Source: Antedon mediterranea (taxonomy: Eukaryota; Animalia; Echinodermata). Taken from it: a stretch of DNA of 64,000 nt. The stretch spans positions 15,832,101 to 15,896,100 of the forward strand of contig NC_092677.1 in assembly GCF_964355755.1 (NCBI RefSeq), given 5' to 3'. Numbering within the stretch: position 1 is the first letter of the stretch; the number at the start of each line of letters is the position of its first letter. The notes under the pieces were generated by a model that saw only the letters and a list, made by a program, of their open reading frames with translations, was not told where the DNA came from and ran no database searches. A program made the translations under genes and the position numbers. Positions 13,296 to 24,200 of this stretch are shown one piece after another.

Positions 13296-16200
13296 CTAGT
13301 TTCCGCCCAATTGATTGCCCTGGCCCCATCGATGCCTTCCTCCTTGATCAGGTTGTGGTTGTCGTCTGCCTTGTGGTGCCATACCAAACCCTGCCACGCC
13401 TCCTTGGCGATTTGGAAAATATTTATACCTGCAAACAAAAATCAAATGATTTGCGATTTTCATTCAAATTAATATTATCATTATAATATTATAAGTAATT
13501 TATTCTGTATGATTTGTTTTTACCTTCAGAACAAACCTCATTAACAACAACTCCCTCCAGCATTTTTTATATTTATGATATACACTATACTGTATGTATA
13601 ATCATGCAATATACGCAATGAAATGAATAGTCACTTTGACGTTAGAAATTCAAATATTTAGCAGGAACAACACATAAAATAAATAACAAAAAAAGAAACA
13701 GAACAAAACTATTGTTTTAATAAGTATATCAAGAATTGAGCCATCTCATGATGCTTGGATTAGAAACAACAAATGAGGTATAATCAAGGTAATCTAACAA
13801 CAGGGCACTGAGCTCGCCTTGCCAAGATATGTCCTTTGATCTTATGTCTGGCTGCAACAAATACCAACAGTACTGTACTATGTACATAGTCTGTAAGAGG
13901 CGTGGAACTGATCGTCCATGTTGCAGCTACTTTGATCTCCAGAGCTCAGCAACCTGTTGTCAGATTGCCTTGGCATAATCAACAATTTTTTACTCACAGA
14001 AAGGCTGGTGTAGTTAGGAACTGCCGGCCACCAAAATCTTGTGGATATTTAAACATCAAAAAGAAGTAAAGGTGTCCAACAACAATTCCTATCAGCTCAC
14101 TGAATCCGCTGAAAGAAAAAGAACAAATTAGGTAATAGAATTTTTCAAGAATGAGCACCAGATTCTTGACACTGTATCTCCACAAATGTACCCACAAGAT
14201 ATTCCTTACAGCCCTAAGTCCAGTTAGAAAAGAAAAATAACAGCTATCTAGCAATCGGATTAACAGGGCAAATTTATAGGTCAAAAACATAGGCAAATTC
14301 TATAGTGTCAGATTCTACAAATTATACATTATTGAGAACTGGCTAGAATGAGATAAACTGCTTTTCTGTTTAGGCAGCATGCTTTCTTTTCCCGCAACTT
14401 CCTTTAATTTTGTACAATATATAAAATAGATGTTCCAGCTTTCTGTAAACATTTTGAGAACTTTTGCGATGCAACAGATCGCGTTGCTTATAACTGTTCT
14501 ACTGTACTCTGTGTCTAAAGTTGGAGCACTGCCTTTTTTAATTGCCCAGCCTCCCAGCCTAGCATTTGCCAATGATTTAAAACAAATACTGATTTGCATT
14601 CGTTGAATGGAGAAAATATTTCATTAGATGAAAAATTAACTGCTCTATTTTTAACTTGGCACCGCCTCGTTAAATATACAGTAGTCAATTTTTCAACTCA
14701 TGATATACTCTCACCATTCAACTCATATTCATTCATTAATACTACTTACGCTCCTCTGATGATCATGTTAAACGCTACCAGTACCCATGGTAAATACATC
14801 GCCTTGAATCTTGTACCAAACCAAAATGACACAATAGTGTCTCGGTTTAACTGACACCATACATACAACACACTGAGAACCATTGGATCCAAAAGTAACT
14901 AAAATGAATAATAATAAATGAACAACTTTTAAAAAATGTAATTAGAAGTATAATTAAACTAGAGGGTACTCCGAGAGTACAAACCTCCGCCTACTGTAAA
15001 ATTCCCCTACATAAAATGCCCCCTGAATATTTTTTTTAAACATTTTTTTTATTAGTTCTAAGTGTAAATATGTTAACTGCACACTACAAAGTTGTGGATG
15101 ACAGTGTGGTGTAATGGTTATGTATCCAGCCTCTCACAGTTGAGATCGCTGGTTCAAGTCCCACTGAGCTTTAGCTTTTTGTGGACCTTGATCTTTGACC
15201 CTGAACCTTCAAAATTTAACCACAATTATATGATGTGTCATTGATCATTGTGGCTAAGTTTGGTGAGAATCGGATAAAAACTGTGGTCTCTAGGCAGTAA
15301 AATAGTTTTTTGTTAGTTGTGACCCTGACGTATGACCTTTTCCCGTCAAATTCTAACTCGTCCAAGCTTTTGGGGCATAGATCATTGTTGCCAAATTTGG
15401 TGAGAATCGGATAAAAACTGTGGCCTCCAGGCTGTTCACAGACACACAAACACACAAACATACAGGGGTGAAAATAACCTCCTTGGCGGAGGTAATAACA
15501 TCATTTTTGATAAAAGGTAATTGATAAATAAATTGAATATATAAACTGTACAGTATATACTTTTTTAATATTTCAATTCTAATCTAATCAAAGTATTTTC
15601 TGTATTGCAACATCCAATCTAAAGTATATAATTTGGTGAATAAAATGTCCAAAAAAACTTACATATAATGGGACCATGAATCCTATGATCTAGAAAATAT
15701 GTTAGGAAGCTGAAAACTACAACAGTGGATCCTACAGGTATTTAAAAGTAAAAAAGAGGGACGCTTTTATGGGGAATGACCTGCTGATACCCTACCCACT
15801 GTACATATTCATCTTTCTTTTTAAAGATATATATGTTTAGTGCATGCAATATAGGCATTCTTTTTTCTGTATAATTTCTGTTTAAGGTCTTAGATATTGT
15901 ACACACAGGCATTTATAGCTAAAATACTGCACATCATTACATGTTATACTATGTAAAAACACATAATATGAGCGAGTTCTCAATTGTGTAACCTCTTATA
16001 TCATAGAGATATTCTATGCTTATACACAAGTATGAATTCATAAGGATCCATTCATAAGTATACACTCTCATCTGAAAAGGGGTTTTGCATTGGGATTCAA
16101 TAATTAAGTGGTTATTACTGTATACCTTTAATAATATTGTGAAGACTAGCAAGTATTAGTTTATAGATTATTCAATTCAATTCAATTCAATTAAAAAAAA

Positions 16201-17697
16201 AAGGTTATTTAAATATCACAAAAGAAAGGATACTACAAGAATTATCCAATTGAAGAGAAGCATAAAAAAATAATCTGCAGGCCTGCCATCAAATGTCCCT
16301 GTAAAATATAAAAAATAAATTAAAATAATAACAGAGTATGAAGGAATGAGACCAATTATGAGTCTGAGTGAGTGAGTGGCCGAGCCTGATTCAGTTCATG
16401 GCAGAGTATCCTCAAGGCCTTGCCATTTGAAAATTACAGGTGTGCTATGAATTTCACTCCTTAGCAAATTCCAGTGCACTATTGATGTGATGTTTGTATC
16501 TTGGTATGAAACATTAGAAATTTACCAAATTTAAATGTGCTGTAAATCGCATTACTCAAGGGCGTTTTAGGAGTGTGTTGGGCGAGTGATCACACTCCCA
16601 CTCCTCAAAAGACAAGGACTGATCCCCAAAATGTCCCCTAACGAGGGGTCACTAAATCATCACACAAAAGTACTGTACTTACCAGATTCTAATCTCACTG
16701 AGTAACTGTATAAAAAATACAACATTATAAGATAATGAAAACCAGTCATTGGTGTTATTGGATAGAAGAATAAGGCAGTTACAGGACGCCATATCTGTTG
16801 AAACAAGTAAACAATTGTCAGTGTATTCATGACATATGAAAACATAAGTGCATGTGTAATAAACTTGTAAATTCTATTAATAATTGTTTGTATTATACTG
16901 TAACTTTTATACAGATATTGACTGCTTAGAGGTTAAATATAAGATTTGACATCCCCGAGGGAATGATATTATGTTTGAGAGAATATATATTTCCCGAAGC
17001 GCCAGCTGAGGGAAATATATAATTCCCAAAAACTTAATATCATTCCCTCGGAATTCCATTTTCATCAATGTGCTAATTCCATATTCATTAATCCTACTGT
17101 TAGAATGATATTCTCCAAGACTGTTGATGATGAAAATGCAGTAGCTACTGTCTGTAGTATTAGTAAATCCTATTTCGTATGGTAATAGCGCATTTGCCAG
17201 GACTTGTATGACTTGTTGTAATTAGAACATGGTTGTATGTCCTGCATCTTATAATCTCAGAATTTGCTATGTACTAATGTCACAGCCATTGGAATGCATA
17301 TGAGCTAATTCAATGGTGATCAGGAGTGTTCTACAAGCACCATAAACATTTCTATTCGTGGTAGTTACAGTTCTGATGGGGGTAAAGAATGCAACTGAAA
17401 AAGTCTTACTTCTTTACACACTCCTACAGTAGCTAGGCCCTAGTTAGTAGGCCTAATAATTAAACCGATCCTACAGCCTTCAAAACATGCAAAACCAGTT
17501 AGTCTGGAAATAATTGTTAATAAATGGTTATATTTTACCTGAAATCTGTGAAATACAAGAGCATAATCTAAAACAAGATGCATTCCATTCACAATACCAA
17601 ACTTCGCAATCAAAGGTAATGCAACGGATCCTGTGAACCAATACCTCGTAATCTGAGGTATGCCACGATACCAATCTCCTATGTCGTTAGAAGCCAT
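13296..17697 (-). CDS. DERL1: Derlin-1 (ERAD membrane protein), 251 aa
   Basis: Exons 17697-17539, 16794-16683, 16298-16234, 15689-15663, 14898-14750, 14108-13998 and 13428-13296 total 756 nt in frame. Motifs: IGDWYRGIPQITRYWF, QIWRP, FDGRPADY, SFWFGTRFKAMYLPW, GHLYFFLMFKYP and a C-terminal SHP box (WGQGNQLG). Confidence 0.96.
14957..15498 (-). mobile_element. Helentron-associated non-autonomous element (HINE/DINE-1-like) in a DERL1 intron
   Basis: On the minus strand it reads TTATTACCTCCGCCAAGGAGGTTA, a (TGTG/TTTG) microsatellite, subterminal IR GGCGGAGGT, a 3' hairpin GTACTCTCGGAGTAC and a CTAGTT end. Confidence 0.7.
15100..15168 (+). other. tRNA-like (Glu-CTC-derived) Pol III head, not a functional tRNA
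   Basis: A box tggtgtaatggt, anticodon loop ctctcac and B box ggttcaagtcc. The stems are imperfect and it is embedded in the HINE. Confidence 0.5.
15690..16233 (-). other. U12-type (minor spliceosome) GT-AG intron of DERL1
   Basis: Donor GTATCCTTTC, and branch-point-like TTCCTAAC about 11 nt from the TAG acceptor. Confidence 0.85.
16953..17051. mobile_element. Palindromic element of about 100 bp (Crypton-like non-autonomous remnant)
   Basis: ccgagggaatgatatt...atatatttccc gaagcgccagctga gggaaatatat...aatatcattccctcgg forms a long hairpin. The family assignment is tentative. Confidence 0.45.
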
Positions 17698-18240
17698 CTT
17701 CTTTGTTTTATTGCTTCTACTGTTGCTACAGCCTCGATATACTAGGCTAGGCCTAGGGCTCTAGAGTGTCCGACTCTCTGATGTGTTCCAGTCACGGGGA
17801 CTTGTTCCACTCTCTTCCACGACTGTTTTCGCAAACCGTACGGCCTAATAATAAGCTAGCTTACGCAAGCCTTTACTAATTGTTCTAAATATTTTACAAC
17901 TTTTGCTAATATGTTATGAACTATGAAATTATATTCTATGATATGATCATAACATAAGCTAGTTTATTCGTATAAAATTACTAAAAAAACACGACCAATT
18001 GTCTTTCAATGCGACGTATGCAAAAATCACGAAAGTCGACGTAGACTAGCAAGAGGTCAAAGGTTAGAAATTGTCACGGGTGACTGAACACAAAACTCTA
18101 AAATGTGATCACGTGGTATTAAAAGGCTACCATGATTGGGCATATTTTAGGTGGCATTGAGGGGCGGTGAGAGGGCGCTAAATTCAAAAACAAAAAAAAA
18201 TCCAGATTTGTTATGTTTTGCTAATTTTTCGTCACATAAA
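17698..18240. promoter_or_regulatory. Bidirectional promoter region for DERL1 and TBC1D31
   Basis: Only 543 bp separate the divergent ATGs. The region is CpG-richer than its flanks and has CCAAT boxes (17995, 18135 reverse), CACGTG at 18110-18115 and a GC box GGGGCGG at 18161-18167. Confidence 0.7.
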
Positions 18241-21200
18241 ATGCAAAACCTTGACATTACAAAGAAGGAATCTGGAAAAATATGGCACAGAAAACCTTCT
18301 GCGTCTTATGAAGATGGGTATGGAATATTTAGATTAACATTTAAATTGGTTATTGTGTGCACCAAATAGTAATTAACTAGGCCTAGCTAGGCCCGCCTCT
18401 AGTTCTAGGCCTACCTTACCTAGGCCTGACTGACTGAGGGGCCTAGCTAGCCTAGCCTACATTTAGTCTTACTACTAGCTAGCCTAGTTAGTAGAGGGTA
18501 GGGGAATCTACCTACTTAGTTTAAGAGACAGAGTAGTGGAGTAGGCTAGACTGGCTAGGCCTGGGAATATATACGCAGGTATAACTAGATACGGCCTACT
18601 ACTAGGCCTAAGGCCTACTAGGGAGCCTAGTAAGTAGTAGTCTAGGCCTAGATGAATAATAGTAATACTAATAGAAGAAGTAGGCCTAGACTACTAGAGT
18701 GTAGAGAGAGAAGAACAATAATGGCTGACCTGACCGTTCAGGCCTAGGCCTAGTAGGATAACATCAACTGCACTTATAATACAAAAACATTCAAATTTAA
18801 AACAGAACTTACTTTACAAAGACCCATTTCTTTTCAGAGTGATTGTCAAGATTAGTCATGGCTCTCCTGGACCCTTTCTGTCACATACCCATAACATTCG
18901 CTTTCTACATGCGACATTTGACACCTCCGGAGACCGATTTGTGGCTGGTGATCACCAAGGAAATCTGATAGTCTTTGACCTCACAAGAAACAGGTATTGT
19001 AGCACGGTCGCTCATATGTCAATAGTTTTTGGGTGACAATGTATTAATATGAATGGCACCATCGACAGTATCACCAAATAATGACGTATTTATTCGAAAA
19101 AAACACCCCACCATGGCATTGTTTAGGAGAGTATTTAGGGGACGTTTATTCGAGGGATATCAAAATGCTTAGTAAATTGTAGAAAATGTCATTCTACTAC
19201 AAATAGAAATGTGTCCAATACAATATTATGTATATATGCATATGATGGGGCATCTATTTGAGAGGGGGGAATTTATTCATTATGATGTTCTATGGGGGAA
19301 GGAGCATGTAAGGAAGAAAATTTAGTTGAATGAAACTATCATGTTGGACTGTACTAGCAATCAGCAAAACTTTTTCTGCAAGTAAACACAGGTTTAAGTA
19401 TGTTGCATTGTTACAGAGCTTGATGTTTTGATTTGCGTTGAGGTTGCATTTTAAATGCGAACTTCTACAAGCATGGCGCTTAATTTATATACAGTATTTA
19501 CATATATTGGTAAGGAAAAAATTTAATTTATTTAATTTATTTCCAACGTAAAAATTTATTTGAGTACTATATTTAACCTAAACTAATCGTCGTTCTTAAT
19601 ATCTTGTATGACTCTCTAGAATAAATAGCTTTAGTTTGTTTATCAAAAATTTTCTTTACAGGTTTCAATTAGTTCAGAAAACTGGAAAATCATGTACATC
19701 ATTAGCATTCAAGTTGCGAAGAAAAACAGAAGTACTTGCTACGTTCGCAGACTACTCTATTAAATGCTATGATACTGGTCAGTGTGCATTAAATTCTATG
19801 ATACTGGTCAGTGTGCATTAAATTCTATGATACTGGTCAGTGTGCATTAAATGCTTTGATACTGGTCAGTGTGCATTAAATGCTATGATACTGGTCAGTG
19901 TGCATTAAATGCTATGATACTGGTCAGTGTGCATTAAATGCTATGATACTGGTCAGTGTGCATTAAATTCTATGATACTGGTCAGTGTGCATTAAATGCT
20001 TTGATACTGGTCAGTGTGCATTAAATGCTATGATACTGGTCAGTGTGCATTAAATGCTATGATACTGGTCAGTGTACATTAAATTCTATGATACTGGTCA
20101 GTGTGCATTAAATTCTATGATACTGGTCAGTGTGCATTAAATTCTATGATACTGGTCAGTGTGCATTAAATGCTTTGATACTGGTCAGTGTGCATTAAAT
20201 GCTATGATACTGGTCAGTGTGCATTAAATGCTATGATACTGGTCAGTGTGCATTAAATGCTATGATACTGGTCAATGTGCATTCACTTGAGAAGTTTAAA
20301 GCCAATTAATAAAATACAAATACCTCGGCCTGTATCTTATAAAAGTGTGTCTTCTTAAAGAATTTTGATTGGTCAATTTAATATCACATGCTGTGCATTA
20401 TTTTTTCTCATTTTGAAAATGTTGTTATGGTGAAAGATGCATGACGGTCCTATTTAATTGAACAGTCAATCCATCAAATTTTTATATTCTAGTATTGAAG
20501 CAGAATTATTTGATTGGTGTCCTACTGTTCATAGAATTTGGTATGTAAGATAGCTTTTTTGCACCTTAAATATAGTGTTTTTTTAAAAATGTGTACTGTC
20601 ATTCAGATACCAAAGAATTGGTAAGCTGGATGAAAGGTCACAGGACCGCCGTGCATTCGATTTCTGTTCACGGATCTGGACGTTATGCAATCACTACCTC
20701 TGCAGATGCGGCATTGCTTTGGGATCTTGATACGTTTACAAGGAAGAGAAAGCTAAATGTTAAAGATAATGTTGATATTGTGAAGGTAGGTATTACATTT
20801 TGTTAACTATCATCTTAAAAGTGGCTATGGAATCTGACAGCAACTCAACTTATTTCAACATATTTGTCACTACTTAGAGTTGCTGACATAAATCACCTTT
20901 AGTGAGCTAGAGGCAGTCTTGCTAAACATTGTCTCCTTTTTTTACATCGTAGAATTCTATCTTAATTAATAAAAAAATATTCAAAACTTCTATCAACTAA
21001 AAGAGTCAAAGAAAGTGAGGTACATTCTACAGTCGCCACATATGCTAATATTGTTACAATCCTTCAGGAAAACACCTCTAGACTTTTTCAGTTTTCTTTA
21101 CAGTAGGGAGCTCCACAAAATGTGTCTTCTGCCATAATTAGCTAGCGGCCTAAAGAATATTAATACATAGTATACAGTAGATAGCCTACTCTAGTTAGTA

Positions 21201-24200
21201 GTTGTAGGCTACTAGTAGTAGATTTGTAGTAGTACAGTAGCTAGCCTCAGGCACTAGTTGGTAAAACCCAGTGCAGTTAACGATCCTTCAGGAAAACACC
21301 TCATGACTTTTTCAGTTATTAAAGTGCATATACAGTAGGGAGCCACAGCTACATAAATGTTTCTTCTGCCACAATTATTCATCTAGTACTTGATTCACAT
21401 TGTTCCATTAATCGATGTTACACCCTCTTGCAGGTCTTCTTTCTACCACTCAGTAACACCATCATTACGTGTTTTAAAGATGATTCCATCTTTGCATGGG
21501 AATCGGACACACTTAAATGTAAATATCAGCTACCATTACCAGAAGGTCAACGGCCTCAATACAAGGCTTTTGCAACAACTAGGTATGTCGATTCATGTCA
21601 AGACAGTAGAACTTCTATTCAAGACCCAACAAAGTAACCCCTTAATAGTGGTGTCTCCTGAATATTACTCATCGTTCATTTCATGAGAAAGTGTCCTCTT
21701 AATAGAGGTGTGTCCCATGAATATGTGTGCTGTGTCTCAAAGCAGAGGTTCTACTGTATTTTAAACATTTTGGGAAGAATGGCATGTCATACCTATACTT
21801 GAGCTTGAATATATATAAAAATCAAACACCTGCTGGTGGCGCTACATAAAAATAAAACAATTACTAGACACGTGTGACAAGTCTATCAACTATAACTAGA
21901 GAACATTTAGTGGTGGTTGTATATGTATGTATATATTGTATGTATTTTACGTTATGTATTTTACGTTTTATTCTACATTTTCATTTAATTTTAAAAAGAG
22001 ATGGCAGATTGTTAGTAGCAGGAGGTAAATCCAGATTCCTACATGTTTGGTGTCTGGACACACACAGTCTAATGAGGGTAATAGAGCTTCCTACCAAAGT
22101 GCATGTTGTTAAACAGCTGCAGTTTTTACCAGAGAGTTTTGATGGAGGCTCAGGCCAGGTGGGTTTTAAATGTTATGAATCATGTTTTCTGCGTTCTCAT
22201 TTTCCACTGAGTGAGTGGCCGAGCGGTTAAGACAGTGGAACTGTAATACATTGCCAAAACATAACAGACTCACTCGCTCCATGGTTCTGGTGGTAGAAGG
22301 ATTAGATAAGGATTATAAACTGTAGGTCAAGTGTACAGTACACATTCTGGATCTTGTGCACTTTAAAGAACACGTAGTACATCTTTCGAGACAAGTAGGG
22401 TGTTACCCCGATGGACTAGTACACACACACAGACACTGTCACTTATCATAAATTGACCTTCTGGGAGAACATTCTTTAACTGAAGAGGTCCCTGAGTTAG
22501 TATAAAAAATAAAAGAAATATGCCTCATCCCTCAGATGTGATGTTGAGTTGATGGTTTTATTCATAACATGCAAAATAAAGAACTAAGTACACTTTACAC
22601 TGGTCCCAGTCTAGTATACGTATTATCCGTTACACTGTGGCTGCCATAGAGGGCCAAATCCAGATTTACGCTGAGGATCATTGAAAGTATACATTTAATA
22701 TCTAGTTTTTAAATTTTTAGTTTGCTTTTTGTAGGTTGTTGGAGTACTAAGCCAAGATGGTATAATGCGTTTCATGAACATATTTAGTTGCCGACTTGAT
22801 TTTGACATTGGAACACTAGAGGATCGCATACTAAATGTAGACATTAGCCCAACTGGGCGCCATATTGTAGCCATTGTTGAAAGTGGTTGTATTAATCTGT
22901 ATTGTGTGTCTGCACTTACTGCTGAAAGAAACAAGGCAAGCAAAAACTAACCCATTTAAGAAATTAAGGTGTAATATAGATTACAATAAAAAAAAAAACC
23001 AGTAGGAAACAAAATTGCCATGTTGGTTTACAGTATACTGAACAAAATCAATGTAATAACCTTTGACACCATACTGTACCTCATCTTTCTTTTATTCATC
23101 CATAAGAAAATATAGTAAAAAGCATAAAAACATAAATATAGCAGAGTGAAATATGGACAAAAAGGAAGGAGAGAATAGGCAACTACTGTACATGCTTTCG
23201 AGGTCAACTTCTATTTCTTTTAGAAGATATCAAGCAAATCATGCAAAACATTATTAATCAAACACCTACATCAATGGGTTGTTTTGTATAATTTGTCTCA
23301 TATTATTCTGTATATATCACAATGATTATCTTATGATGTCATCATCATATTGTAAAAATTATTTTAATATTTAATATTGGTCATGACATCATTTAATTAA
23401 GACATTAAAAAGGGTTATTCTATAGTTTATGATAAAACCTTAAATTTCTTTTGGATTTTGTAGAAAACATATATTTTATGATACGTAGTGTAATCGGTCC
23501 TTTAAAATATTTTTTTTTTAACAATTTGCTTAGTGGATCTAGTATAAACTTTATTGTTTTTTACAACTTTAGCCACCACCTCCACTTGTGAAAATGGCAA
23601 CTCAGAAGCCTCGAGTTAGATCATACACCAAATCTCAAGCACAAGGAATGGGAAGAAGTAAGACAATCAAAACAGAAGAGCCTAGGCTGCCAATGGATGT
23701 GGCGTCCATTAAAGATACAGAGGCAGAAGTAAGTTGGCTTTATAGAAAACACATTCATTGTTCACTGAAAATTTTTTTTTTAATAGAAAATTTTAATTTC
23801 AAATAATACTGTACTGAAGGTAAAAATTGGATCAGAGAAACAAATTATTTACCTAAAACCGTAAAAATATTAATAAAATCCAATTTGTTTAAAGTTTGCA
23901 TGGCGAAATTAATTATGGTTGATATACTGTAAAGTTTGCAGTACACCATGTTCTGAAAAGAACTGTTGTACTGCAAACTTTGAAAAAATCTAACTTTGAA
24001 TACTGTAGGACTTTTTGTTAAAATTAACTTAATTTAAAAAAAATTAATTTATGTAAACTTTGATGAACAAGCATTTTATCTATATTTTGCTTTTCCAGGT
24101 TTCAGGTCTACCAGAAGGACTGGATATGAATCGCTTAAAAGCTATTCTGAAAGGTTATGGAGAGTATCCAGCTAAATATAGGTAAACAATTAACATGATG

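Noticed and set aside
15100-15168. Functional tRNA gene
   Set aside because: The acceptor and anticodon stems pair poorly and the sequence lies within a repeat.
18110-18139. Canonical ER stress element in the DERL1 promoter
   Set aside because: The spacing is CCAAT-N18-CCACG, not N9, and it does not match ERSE-II.
19759-20283. CRISPR-like appearance of the 29-bp array (also the 30-bp and 41-bp arrays)
   Set aside because: These are head-to-tail repeats with no unique spacers, no cas genes and a eukaryotic intronic context.
21058-21377. Local direct duplication of about 80 bp in a TBC1D31 intron
   Set aside because: It is real but degenerate, with no TIR/LTR hallmarks and no functional inference possible.
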